Shown: positions 48,169 to 57,432, numbered from the stretch's first letter. The stretch is DNA of 64,000 nucleotides from Minisyncoccia bacterium (GCA_039809245.1 JBDHUP010000004.1:12599-76598); one strand, 5' to 3'. A program made the numbers and translations. Notes: generated by a model not told the origin, from the sequence alone.

Positions 48169-50991
48169 CTAGACGACTATGTTTATAAGCCTACCTTTGA
48201 CATATATGACCCTTTTGACCTCTTTGTCTTTAATCCAAGGAATTATAACCTCGTTTGCTAATGCCTCCTTCTTTATATCTTCTTCCCCTTTATCGCTCTC
48301 AACAGATATCTCGGTTCTAACTTTTCCATTAACTTGAATTACTAACTTTAAAGTATTGTCTACTATCTTGTCTTTATCCCATTTCGGCCAAGCTTGAAGG
48401 TGAATAGATTCTTTCTCTCCAATCAAGCTCCATAGCTCTTCAGTCATATGTGGAGCAAAAGGGGCGAGGAGTTTTAATAATAATTTGTATTCATCTTTCG
48501 CTATTGACTCTTGCTTATCCCATTCATTCAAAAGTATCATCATTTGAGATATTGAGGTGTTAAATTTATACTCTTCCATATCTTCACTTATCTTTTTTAT
48601 AGCTTTATGAATTAGAGAAGTCGTAGTTCCTTCAGATAATTTATCTTTAAATCTCCAAACACGCTCTAAGAATCTTCTAACTCCCACAACTCCATTAGGA
48701 TCCCAAGGATAGTTAACAGTTAGACCGTACGGGCCCATAAAGGCAAGATACATACGTACTGTATCAGCCCCAAGTAAATCCACTATCTCATCTGGGTTTA
48801 TGACGTTACCTTTCGATTTACTCATCTTGTTTCCATCAGGCCCAAGGATAAGACCTCTGTTTCGACGAACTTTGTAAGCTTCGTCGTCAGAAACTAGCTT
48901 TAAGTCATACATTGCCTTAACCCAAAATCTAGAATAAAGCAGATGCATTGTAGTATGCTCTGCCCCACCCATATATAGATCAATCGGCATCCATGCTTTC
49001 ATTCTTTCTTTTGAAGCAAATTCATCTTTATTTTTATTATCTAAATATCGATAGAAATACCAAGAAGAGTCGACAAATGTATCCATTGTCTCTACTTCTG
49101 GCTTCCATCCTTTGCCAAAAATTTTCTCTGTTCGATCAAAGAGCTCTTTACTTCGAGCAAGAGGTGAGGTTCCGTCTGGAGTATGATCGACATCTGTAGG
49201 AAGTATCCATGGTAAATGTTCATCCGGCACAGGGTGAACTTTCCCTTCCGGATCATAGACTATTGGAATCGGACAGCCCCAGTACCTCTGACGGCTAATC
49301 CCCCAGTCACGAAGCCGGTAAGTTTTTACAATTTTACCTCCTACAGCTTTTGTAATCTTCTCTCGAGCTTCTTCTGAATTTAAACCATTAAAATCTTTTG
49401 AATTTGTAAGGATGCCTTCTCCTGTAAACATATATTGTCCATTATTATCTATAAGAAGTAGAACAAATTCACCTTCTATGACTGAAAAGAAATTATTTAA
49501 CTCATCTCTAGTTTTCCAGACTACATCGTGAATAGCAGCTTCCTCTTCGCTTATGGGATCTTGCTCTTCATTTATCAAATCAAAAAATAAATAATTAAAT
49601 TTAGCTTCTCTATTTATCTCTTTCTTGCGATGAAAGAAAAAGCTATGTATAGCAACTTCAGGATTATTAACAAGTTTTAGATTCTTATATCCTGTCTCTT
49701 CATAAATTTCACGCAGTGCTCCTTCTACCATGTCTTCACCTTCTTCTATGCCGCCAGTTATCAACCCGTGCATCAATATATCTCTCCATACACTACATAA
49801 ATATTTTCCATCTTTAGGATTCCTTATAATCGCACAAACACAATTTCTACTTATAATTGGTAAATCTTTTTTAAGCGGGCTATCAGAAGAAAAGAATACT
49901 GGCTCGATAACTCTTTTAATTTCCAAATTATATTTCTTTGCGAATTCATAATCGCGTTCATCGTGTGCAGGGACGGCCATAACGGCACCTGTACCATAAC
50001 CAGAAAGTACGTAGTCGGCAATCCATATTGACACCTCTTCATTATTTATGGGGTTTATAGCTTTTAGACCTTTTACTTCTACTCCAGTTTTTTCTTTGGA
50101 TTGTTTACGATCGAGTTCGGATTTCTTTTTAGTATCATTAATATATTTCTCAACATCTTTGATGTTCTCAATTTTTGATTCTAAGCTTTTGATTAGGTCG
50201 TGTTCAGGGGCAAGAACTACATAAGTCACACCGTATATAGTATCGGCTCGAGTTGTGAAAACTTTAATACTTTCACTAGTATCTTTTATTTTAAAATCAA
50301 TTTCACTACCTTCGGTTCGGCCGATCCAGTTACGCTGAGCAGCTTTGATTTCATCGGGCCAAGCAAGTCCATCTAAGTCGTCGATAAGTCGATCTGCGTA
50401 CTTTGTAATGCGGATCATCCATTGTTCTTGGTTGCGTTGCTCTACTTCCTCTCCACAACGTTCACACTTACCATCTACAACTTGCTCATTTGCAAGGATA
50501 GTCTGATCTTTTGGACACCAGTTAACTTTCGTAATATCCCTATATACTAAGTCATTCTTTAAGAATTGGTTAAATAGCCATTGAGTCCATTTATAGTATT
50601 CAGGTTCACAAGACACAACTTCTCGATCCCAGTCAAAAGATGCCCCCATTGAACGGAGTTGTGCGCGCATTGTATCCATTTGAGTATGTGTCCAAACTTT
50701 TGGATCAGCTCCAAGCTTAATAGCAGCATTTTCAGCAGGAAGACCGAATGCGTCGAAACCCATAGGGTATAACACATTATACCCTTGCATCCTTTTGTAA
50801 CGAGCAAAGATATCTGGTACAGCGAAAGCATACCAGTGACCTACGTGTAAATTCCCAGAAGGATACGTGAACTCTACAAGTTGGTAGAAATTGTCCTTGC
50901 CTTCTACTTTATCTTCTACTTTATATAGAGCTTGATCTTCCCAAGTACTCTGCCATTTTTTTTCTATTTTTTTATGGTCGTAATTTTTCAT
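48169..50991 (-). CDS. leuS: leucine--tRNA ligase with an inserted NUDIX hydrolase domain
   Basis: HVGH, CP1 editing motifs TTRADT and AVPAHDERD, YRLRDWGISRQRYWG, and KMSKS. About 160 extra residues carry a perfect Nudix box GGIEEGEDMVEGALREIYEETGY. Confidence 0.9.
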   Translation of the reverse strand: MKNYDHKKIEKKWQSTWEDQALYKVEDKVEGKDNFYQLVEFTYPSGNLHVGHWYAFAVPDIFARYKRMQGYNVLYPMGFDAFGLPAENAAIKLGADPKVWTHTQMDTMRAQLRSMGASFDWDREVVSCEPEYYKWTQWLFNQFLKNDLVYRDITKVNWCPKDQTILANEQVVDGKCERCGEEVEQRNQEQWMIRITKYADRLIDDLDGLAWPDEIKAAQRNWIGRTEGSEIDFKIKDTSESIKVFTTRADTIYGVTYVVLAPEHDLIKSLESKIENIKDVEKYINDTKKKSELDRKQSKEKTGVEVKGLKAINPINNEEVSIWIADYVLSGYGTGAVMAVPAHDERDYEFAKKYNLEIKRVIEPVFFSSDSPLKKDLPIISRNCVCAIIRNPKDGKYLCSVWRDILMHGLITGGIEEGEDMVEGALREIYEETGYKNLKLVNNPEVAIHSFFFHRKKEINREAKFNYLFFDLINEEQDPISEEEAAIHDVVWKTRDELNNFFSVIEGEFVLLLIDNNGQYMFTGEGILTNSKDFNGLNSEEAREKITKAVGGKIVKTYRLRDWGISRQRYWGCPIPIVYDPEGKVHPVPDEHLPWILPTDVDHTPDGTSPLARSKELFDRTEKIFGKGWKPEVETMDTFVDSSWYFYRYLDNKNKDEFASKERMKAWMPIDLYMGGAEHTTMHLLYSRFWVKAMYDLKLVSDDEAYKVRRNRGLILGPDGNKMSKSKGNVINPDEIVDLLGADTVRMYLAFMGPYGLTVNYPWDPNGVVGVRRFLERVWRFKDKLSEGTTTSLIHKAIKKISEDMEEYKFNTSISQMMILLNEWDKQESIAKDEYKLLLKLLAPFAPHMTEELWSLIGEKESIHLQAWPKWDKDKIVDNTLKLVIQVNGKVRTEISVESDKGEEDIKKEALANEVIIPWIKDKEVKRVIYVKGRLINIVV

Positions 50992-51012
50992 TCCTATCGC
51001 GCGAGAGCGGTA

Positions 51013-51570
51013 CTATTTATTAAACTTCTTTACAGCAAGCCATATCAGCAAACCTAGTGCCAAAGCCAGTATGATGACTTTTGCTACATTATCAGCAAGT
51101 GACCAGTAACGAACAGAAGCAATAATTAGAGAGAGTACACCACCCCAAGCAAATGAAATAGATAAAATAAGTACAGACACAAATCCAGCAAGAACAAATA
51201 GTAAAACACCAAAAATAATAAGTGTTATAAATACTTTCTTTTCATAACTTGAATGGGCTTTGTCGTAATTTAATCTGTTTGTATAGTCAGTATCGCAATA
51301 CCCTTCTACTTTAGTCTGTCCTTTCTCTACTGGATAAGAATTTTCACTCCATTGTCCACCTATGCTTACACACTTTTCTTTTGTCTTTACTTCTTCCACC
51401 ACCTGCATTGGTTTTACATACGAGCTATATACAGGCTCTTTGTAAATAAGTGAAGCAGTGTAATTAGAGAACAAATTTAAAACAATAACAATAGCTATAA
51501 TAATTGAAACGTGAACAAATTTTGAAGTTTTTCTCTCAGGGGCCTGAGATTGTTGTATTGGTGTATCCAT
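51013..51570 (-). CDS. hypothetical membrane protein
   Basis: ORF with N- and C-terminal transmembrane helices. Start moved to Met22 to avoid a divergent overlap. Confidence 0.4.
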   Translation of the reverse strand: MDTPIQQSQAPERKTSKFVHVSIIIAIVIVLNLFSNYTASLIYKEPVYSSYVKPMQVVEEVKTKEKCVSIGGQWSENSYPVEKGQTKVEGYCDTDYTNRLNYDKAHSSYEKKVFITLIIFGVLLFVLAGFVSVLILSISFAWGGVLSLIIASVRYWSLADNVAKVIILALALGLLIWLAVKKFNK

Positions 51571-51615
51571 ACTATAGAGTATACCAAAAAGTAGTGTATA
51601 ATACACTCTATAATT

Positions 51616-52083
51616 ATGAAGCGTATAAGGCAAAAATCAAACGAAACTCTAGAGCGTATAGCTTACAAGGCCACCCGTTGGATTGGCTCTACTAACTCCA
51701 TACTTGTCCATACGGCATTTTTTATAGTGTCGTTTGTCTTATACTTTTATGGAGTGCCAATAGATAAGATTCTCCTAGTTGTCACGACTCTTGTGTCTCT
51801 TGAAGCTATATATCTATCGATATTTATACAGATGAGTATGAATCGCCAAGCTAGGCGTTTGCGTGAAGTTGCTCGTGATGTTGAAGAGATTCAAGAAGAT
51901 GTTGAAGAAATCGAAAAAGACGTGGATGAGATTCAGAAAGATGTGGATGAGATTCAAGAGGATGTCGAAGATATCCAAGAAGAAGATGAAGCCGAAGATA
52001 AAGAAGAAGATATCTCTCTAACTAAAATTCAGAATACCTTAGAGAAACTAATGAGTGAGATTAATGAGCTGAAGAAAAAGTAG
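51616..52083 (+). CDS. DUF1003-family membrane protein with C-terminal acidic heptad repeats
   Basis: SLEAIYLSIFIQMSMNRQ motif. Five repeats of DVEEIQE are encoded by a 21-nt tandem repeat. Confidence 0.55.
   Translation: MKRIRQKSNETLERIAYKATRWIGSTNSILVHTAFFIVSFVLYFYGVPIDKILLVVTTLVSLEAIYLSIFIQMSMNRQARRLREVARDVEEIQEDVEEIEKDVDEIQKDVDEIQEDVEDIQEEDEAEDKEEDISLTKIQNTLEKLMSEINELKKK
51877..51981 (+). repeat. 5 x 21-nt in-frame tandem repeat (encoding DV[ED]EI[QE][EK])
   Basis: The gatgttgaagagattcaagaa unit repeats with minor variation. Confidence 0.7.
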
Positions 52084-52084
52084 G

Positions 52085-52660
52085 CTATACTTTAACAGCT
52101 CCTTGGCGTAAGACTATAATCTTATCGTTCTCATATTTAATCAAAGTAGATGGCTTTGATACTTTTGTACCCACACATACATAAGCATCTACAGAACTAC
52201 CGAAGTATTTCCTAGCTTCACTTCTCTTTTTCGCTGGAGGCATACCTTGCGGGTTTGCACTTGGCGCAACCATTGGACCCATTCTTTTTAATATATTAAA
52301 AAGATTTTTATTCCTTGGTCCTATCATTCGAAATGCTATAGCCTTCTTGCCTCTATGTAGATACTCAAATTTCTTATTAGGACAAGGTAGTATAACGCTT
52401 ATCTTGCCTGGCCATACACTTTCTAGGAATTTCTTTTGATCTGAAGTTAGCGTAATACTAAACTTTTTAAAATCATTAAAAGATGACACGAGTACTATGC
52501 AAGGTTTATCTTTATCGCGTCCGCGGATTTTGTATATTCTCTCAACCGCTTTCTTATCAAAAGCATTAGCGAGTAGTCCATACAAAGTATCAGTAGGAAC
52601 AAAAGCAACCCCACCTTTCTTGAGAGCTATTTCTGCTTTTTGCCAATCATTTAATTTCAT
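52085..52660 (-). CDS. tsaC: L-threonylcarbamoyladenylate synthase (YrdC/TsaC family)
   Basis: YrdC-domain motifs VAFVPTDTLYGL and KxRGRDKxKP. Confidence 0.8.
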   Translation of the reverse strand: MKLNDWQKAEIALKKGGVAFVPTDTLYGLLANAFDKKAVERIYKIRGRDKDKPCIVLVSSFNDFKKFSITLTSDQKKFLESVWPGKISVILPCPNKKFEYLHRGKKAIAFRMIGPRNKNLFNILKRMGPMVAPSANPQGMPPAKKRSEARKYFGSSVDAYVCVGTKVSKPSTLIKYENDKIIVLRQGAVKV

Positions 52661-52982
52661 TTATTTTTGCCGCAACAATAAAATCGTTCTGTGAAAGTCC
52701 ACTTATCGCATGAGTTGAAAGAGTGATGTTTACTCTACCCCAACCAAGCTCTATATCAGGATGATGACCTTCACTCTCTGCAATATCCCCTACTTTATTT
52801 ACAAAAGAAAGCGCCTCTTTAAAATCTTTGAATTTAAATTCTTTATATATACTTTTTGCATCAGTCGAAAGAACCCAATCTTTCACATGGAATTCTATCA
52901 TCGCTTCGGCATCAATTTTGGTCATAGGGTCTACTCCTCCCTCACATGGTACACATTTTTGTTCTAGTAAATTCATAATCAA
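52647..52982 (-). CDS. pterin-4a-carbinolamine dehydratase (PCD/DCoH)
   Basis: EGHHPDIELGWGRV catalytic motif. Confidence 0.8.
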   Translation of the reverse strand: MIMNLLEQKCVPCEGGVDPMTKIDAEAMIEFHVKDWVLSTDAKSIYKEFKFKDFKEALSFVNKVGDIAESEGHHPDIELGWGRVNITLSTHAISGLSQNDFIVAAKINEIK

Positions 52983-52983
52983 A

Positions 52984-54096
52984 TTATATCTTAAATTCTA
53001 TTACATCTCCATCTTTGACTATATACTCCTTGCCTTCAGTGCGGACTTTCCCCTTTGCTCGTGCTTCGCCATAACTTCCTGCATCAAGTAAATCTTTCCA
53101 GTAGACAACTTCGGCACGAATGAACTTATCTTTAAAGTCAGTATGTATAGCCATCCCTGCTACAGGTGCGGTAGAGTTGTGGACTATGGTCCAAGCTCGA
53201 GTCTCATCTTCCCCTGTTGTGAAGTATGTATCAAGGCCAAGAAGTTTGTATCCTTCGCTAATCAGATTATTGATACCATCATCTTCCCCACCAAGTTCTT
53301 TGCGGAACATTTCTTTCTCTTCGCCTTCGAAATCTTTCAACTCTTCTTCGACTTTCGCATCAAGCACTACGTATCGTGAACCAGTGCTTTCTATGTAGTC
53401 AGTAAGTTCTTTAAATATCTCAGGGTTCATAGTATCTAGGTTGTCTGATCCACCGCGCTTATTTAGCCCATATATGAATGGCTTGAATGTCAGTAAGTTT
53501 AGCATTTTTACTTTTTCCATTTCTTTTTCATTTAGATCACAAGAGTTCGCAAGCTTACCACTCTCAAGTGTTACTACTAGCTTCGCAAGTGCAGCATCTT
53601 CAATAATGGCCTCCTTATCATTTTTCTTTAAATCTTTCTGTATATTGTTTCTGCGTTTTACCACTGTCTCAAGGTCAGCGAGTATAAGCTCGAGATTTAT
53701 AACTTCTATATCACGAAGTGGATCTATATCACCATAGACGTGAACTACTTCGTTCCCTTTATGACTACCCAGCGGAAAGATGCGCACCATCTCAAGTATT
53801 GCATCGACTTCACGAATATTCGCCAAGAATTTATTCCCCAGTCCTTCGCCTTTTGAAGCACCGGCGACAAGCCCGGCGATATCTACGAACTCAATCACAG
53901 CAGGAATAGTTTTTGCAGATTTTGAGAATTCAGAAAGTTTCCAAAGTCGTGCATCAGGCACAGGCACAATCCCTACTGATGGATCAATAGTACAGAATGG
54001 GTAGTTCTCAGCTGGAACACCCTTCTTAGTAAGCGCATTAAAAAGCGTGGACTTACCCACGTTCGGCAACCCGACAATTCCGATAGATAGTGACAT
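52984..54096 (-). CDS. ychF: ribosome-binding ATPase YchF
   Basis: GIVGLPNVGKSTLFNA, TGS domain, and Obg-like ATPase layout. Confidence 0.93.
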   Translation of the reverse strand: MSLSIGIVGLPNVGKSTLFNALTKKGVPAENYPFCTIDPSVGIVPVPDARLWKLSEFSKSAKTIPAVIEFVDIAGLVAGASKGEGLGNKFLANIREVDAILEMVRIFPLGSHKGNEVVHVYGDIDPLRDIEVINLELILADLETVVKRRNNIQKDLKKNDKEAIIEDAALAKLVVTLESGKLANSCDLNEKEMEKVKMLNLLTFKPFIYGLNKRGGSDNLDTMNPEIFKELTDYIESTGSRYVVLDAKVEEELKDFEGEEKEMFRKELGGEDDGINNLISEGYKLLGLDTYFTTGEDETRAWTIVHNSTAPVAGMAIHTDFKDKFIRAEVVYWKDLLDAGSYGEARAKGKVRTEGKEYIVKDGDVIEFKI

Positions 54097-54097
54097 A

Positions 54098-54400
54098 TTA
54101 TTTCTGCATTAGGTTCATTAATGGGGCAAGCTCGTCACGATACTTCATAACTTCAGATTTATACTTACCCATCACAAGAACTGCTGCATACTGCTCATCG
54201 AGGCCTCCCTTTTTCTTCTCTTCGATTTCTTTTGTAATTTTATCGAAAAGAGCTTTCACTTCTTTGTTAGATTCTAGAGCCTTTAGACTATTGGCAAGTT
54301 CTGGATTCTCTGATAATTGCTGGCTTATTTTCTCAGCTTGATCTTTTGAAACACCCTTCATCTGTAGGGCTTTCTTCATTAAAAATGATTTGATTGACAT
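54098..54400 (-). CDS. hypothetical helical protein (100 aa)
   Basis: ORF tightly coupled to ychF. Confidence 0.4.
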   Translation of the reverse strand: MSIKSFLMKKALQMKGVSKDQAEKISQQLSENPELANSLKALESNKEVKALFDKITKEIEEKKKGGLDEQYAAVLVMGKYKSEVMKYRDELAPLMNLMQK

Positions 54401-54437
54401 GTAGCTACTATATCAAAAAAAATGCTACTATGCGAGC

Positions 54438-55313
54438 ATGAAAGCAAAGCCGAAAATCATTGTCGTTCTAGGGCAAACTTCCACTGGGAAGAGTGATTTC
54501 GCAGTAAAGATTGCAAAGAAAATAGATGGCGAAGTAATCTCGGCTGACTCTCGGCAAGTCTACAAAGGCATGGATTTAGGGACTGGGAAAATTACCAAGA
54601 AAGAAATGCGAGGTGTCCCCCATCATTTGCTAGATGTCGCCAACCCCAAGAAAGTATTCTCGGTTAGTGACTACAAAAAGCTCGCTGATAAAAAGATAAA
54701 AGAAATAATCGCCCGTGGTAAAGTGCCCATACTCTGCGGTGGCACAGGATTCTACATAGATGCAGTTATCAATGGAACAATCCTTCCCCAAGTCGCTCCG
54801 AACCCGAAGCTCCGCGCAACATTATCGAAGAAGTCACCAGAAGCTTTATTTAAAATACTTCTCAAGCTTGATCCGACTCGAGCAAAAAGTATCGACAAGC
54901 AGAACCCTGTCCGCCTTATCCGCGCCATAGAGATAGCGAAGGCTCTAGGCAAAGTTCCTAAAGTAAAACAAAGTATAAACTATGATGCACTCAAAATAGG
55001 TCTGACTCTGCCAGATGAAATATTAAAAAAGAAAATCTATACTAGGCTACTCGCGCGTATCAAGAAAGGAATGCTGAAAGAAATACAGAACCTGCATAAA
55101 AGTGGTGTATATTGGAAGCGAATGGAAGAGCTAGGGCTTGAATACAGATACGGAGCACTACACTTGCAAGGCAAAATGACAAAACAAGAAATGATAGAGA
55201 AAATAAATACCGAGACTTGGCACTACGCCAAACGCCAAAAAACTTGGTTCAAAAGAGATAAAGATATAGTTTGGGTAGATGCGATAAATACAAAAATAGA
55301 TTTAGATTTATGA
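54438..55313 (+). CDS. miaA: tRNA dimethylallyltransferase MiaA
   Basis: VVLGQTSTGKS P-loop and DSRQVYKGMDLGTGK. Confidence 0.9.
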   Translation: MKAKPKIIVVLGQTSTGKSDFAVKIAKKIDGEVISADSRQVYKGMDLGTGKITKKEMRGVPHHLLDVANPKKVFSVSDYKKLADKKIKEIIARGKVPILCGGTGFYIDAVINGTILPQVAPNPKLRATLSKKSPEALFKILLKLDPTRAKSIDKQNPVRLIRAIEIAKALGKVPKVKQSINYDALKIGLTLPDEILKKKIYTRLLARIKKGMLKEIQNLHKSGVYWKRMEELGLEYRYGALHLQGKMTKQEMIEKINTETWHYAKRQKTWFKRDKDIVWVDAINTKIDLDL

Positions 55314-55391
55314 ATAAAAATTATAGAAATCTGGAATAAAAAAAGAGCCAAAAAAATCTGACCCTTTTATTGAACACACCCCCTATTAAAG

Positions 55392-55697
55392 TTATTTATT
55401 TCTCAACACTATGTTGAGAGATGAATCCATTTGTGACAATATTCGCAATTGAACATCATACAAACTATCAGTTTTAGCTTCCCAATAAGACGAGGTATCT
55501 TCTTTGTTAGAAGAATGGCTAATCTTATTAACTGAAAAGTTAAAAATTAAGAGAGTTAATAAAAAACAAATCATCATTATTTTCATTTTGGTAGTTTTTA
55601 GCTGAACGGAAGAGACTATTAATCTCGCCTGTTCAGCCAAAAACACACCACAAAAAACTATTATTACTAATATAACATAATTATACCTATTTGTCAA
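55392..55697 (-). CDS. small membrane hypothetical protein
   Basis: ORF with hydrophobic helices. Confidence 0.35.
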   Translation of the reverse strand: MTNRYNYVILVIIVFCGVFLAEQARLIVSSVQLKTTKMKIMMICFLLTLLIFNFSVNKISHSSNKEDTSSYWEAKTDSLYDVQLRILSQMDSSLNIVLRNK

Positions 55698-55842
55698 TCT
55701 CTGAGGGCGATGGAAGGTAATCTCGCTGACGGCGCGTGATTGGTGGTTTTGTAGCTAAAACAACACCAATCTTTCGATTCCTCCACACGAGTAAAGCAGT
55801 TTACTCGCTATCGCCCAAAACAGCAAAAGCTGTTTTTCACTG

Positions 55843-55913
55843 CGGGCGATGGAGGAATCGAACCCCCGCCAACGGTTTTGGAGACCGTTGTACTACCACT
55901 ATACTAATCGCCC
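55843..55913 (-). tRNA. tRNA-Trp (anticodon CCA)
   Basis: GGGCGAT acceptor, anticodon arm ACGGT-CTCCAAA-ACCGT, and T loop TTCGATT. No CCA encoded. Confidence 0.85.
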
Positions 55914-55954
55914 AATAGGGCTAGTATACACTTTTTGACCACATTTTCAATATA

Positions 55955-55984
55955 AAAACACCCTATATTTAGGGTGTTTTTATT
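55955..55984. terminator. bidirectional terminator after rpmG
   Basis: aaaacaccct-atattt-agggtgtttt. Confidence 0.55.
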
Positions 55985-56147
55985 ATCCAGTTAATTTTGC
56001 TTCTTTGTGCTTTGTGTTCTTCTTGCAAGTCTTGCAGAATTTTTTAAGCTCAATCTTTTTAGTTACGAGTTTTTTATTCTTACTTGTATAGTAATTGCCG
56101 TTCTTGCAGACGGTGCATTTAAGTTTTAACAATCGGTCTTGTGACAT
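55983..56147 (-). CDS. rpmG: 50S ribosomal protein L33 (zinc-ribbon type)
   Basis: Hand translation: MSQDRLLKLKCTVCKNGNYYTSKNKKLVTKKIELKKFCKTCKKNTKHKEAKLTG. It has CxxC...CxxC and YxTxKNK motifs. It is absent from the ORF track because it is shorter than 60 aa. Confidence 0.75.
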   Translation of the reverse strand: MSQDRLLKLKCTVCKNGNYYTSKNKKLVTKKIELKKFCKTCKKNTKHKEAKLTG

Positions 56148-56185
56148 AGTGGGTATAGGATACTATAAAAGCCTCTAAAATGCAA

Positions 56186-57319
56186 CTATTTTATGATCCT
56201 AGGTAGAAGTGGGTTTATTCGAGTCGTAACCTCATAGTTAATAGTTTGTGTTTTGTTAGCTATATCCTCAGAGGTTATAGTTTCACCCTTCTGGGAGCCC
56301 AGTATTACTACCTCATCTTCAGGTTTTACGCCCTTTATATGGCTTACATCTACTACGAACATATTCATAGCTACACGCCCCAAAATAGGTGCATTCTTCC
56401 CTTTTATTAAGACAGAGCCATTGTTTGAAGAGAGTCTGTTTACTCCGTTTGAATACCCTTGTGGGATGACAGCTATCATCATATTCTTTCTTGTTGTAAA
56501 TGAAGTCCCGTAGCCGATAGATTCACCGACTGGGATTTCTTTCACTTGAGCCACATGAGTGACATAGCGCATCACAGGCTTGAGCTCTATCTTCTTCTGC
56601 CACATTTTCTTCAAATTCTCACTTGGCCACATACCATAGAGTCCGACACCGACGCGGACAATAGCGTTGTATCCATTCCACTTCTCATAAGCGAGCACTC
56701 CAGAAGTTGCCGACATATGAGTCTTAATATTTTTGAATCCATTCTCTCTGAATAACTTTACGGCTTCTTCGTAAGCCTTGATCTGCTTTGACGCATAAGT
56801 GAAGTCAGTCGTATCTTCGATGTTCGCAAAGTGCGCATAGATTCCATCTACACTTATATTCTTCATCTTCTTTATTTCTTTTATGAAAGTCGCCACTTGC
56901 GAAGGAAGAATCCCCTCACGACCCAAGTGCGCATCGATACTGACATGCACTTTCTGCTTCACTCCTAATTTCCGAGCACTTTCATTTATAAGTAGTGCGT
57001 GGTGTAGATCAAACACAGTTAAAATACATCCGAGCTTTATGGCTTCTTTTATATCGCTCTTGCCTACGTAACCAAGAAGAAGTATCGGCTTCTTAGTAAC
57101 TTGTCGGACTTTCTCTAATTCTTCCACACTGTTTATCTGAAAATAATCTACATATGGAGCAAGAATCTTCACTACTTCCAAGTCACCGTGACCGTAAGCA
57201 TTAGCTTTCACCACTCCTGCAATCTTTGTCCCTCTTTTCACAATACGTCGAAACTGCTTGATATTATGGATCAGATTTTTCTTACTTAATTCTATATATG
57301 ATAATGGAAGACTTTTCAT
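56186..57319 (-). CDS. alr: alanine racemase
   Basis: PLP site VVKANAYGHG and a C-terminal beta domain. Start set at MKSLPLSY; the longer track ORF runs into tRNA-Leu. Confidence 0.85.
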   Translation of the reverse strand: MKSLPLSYIELSKKNLIHNIKQFRRIVKRGTKIAGVVKANAYGHGDLEVVKILAPYVDYFQINSVEELEKVRQVTKKPILLLGYVGKSDIKEAIKLGCILTVFDLHHALLINESARKLGVKQKVHVSIDAHLGREGILPSQVATFIKEIKKMKNISVDGIYAHFANIEDTTDFTYASKQIKAYEEAVKLFRENGFKNIKTHMSATSGVLAYEKWNGYNAIVRVGVGLYGMWPSENLKKMWQKKIELKPVMRYVTHVAQVKEIPVGESIGYGTSFTTRKNMMIAVIPQGYSNGVNRLSSNNGSVLIKGKNAPILGRVAMNMFVVDVSHIKGVKPEDEVVILGSQKGETITSEDIANKTQTINYEVTTRINPLLPRIIK

Positions 57320-57321
57320 TG

Positions 57322-57403
57322 TGCCGGAGGAGAGACTTGAACTCTCATCCCTTGCGAGACGCGATTTTGAGTCGCGCGCGTATACCAATTCCGCCACTCC
57401 GGC
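57322..57403 (-). tRNA. tRNA-Leu (anticodon CAA), class II with long variable arm
   Basis: GCCGGAG acceptor, 3-bp D stem, anticodon arm CGCGA-CTCAAAA-TCGCG, long variable arm, T arm GAGAG-TTCAAGT-CTCTC. 82 nt, no CCA. Confidence 0.85.
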
Positions 57404-57432
57404 ATACAAGAAATATACCTCAACTTAAGAAT

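Noticed and set aside
48169-50991. Initial impression that LeuRS lacks its CP1 editing domain
   Set aside because: Residue-by-residue comparison shows that TTRADT…AVPAHDERD align collinearly with E. coli CP1. The extra length comes from the Nudix insertion after CP1, not from loss of the editing domain.
55736-55918. 60-aa plus-strand ORF
   Set aside because: Overlaps tRNA-Trp. Spurious.
57320-57409. N-terminal 30-aa extension of the alanine racemase ORF
   Set aside because: The extension is the antisense reading of tRNA-Leu. The true alr start is Met at 57319.
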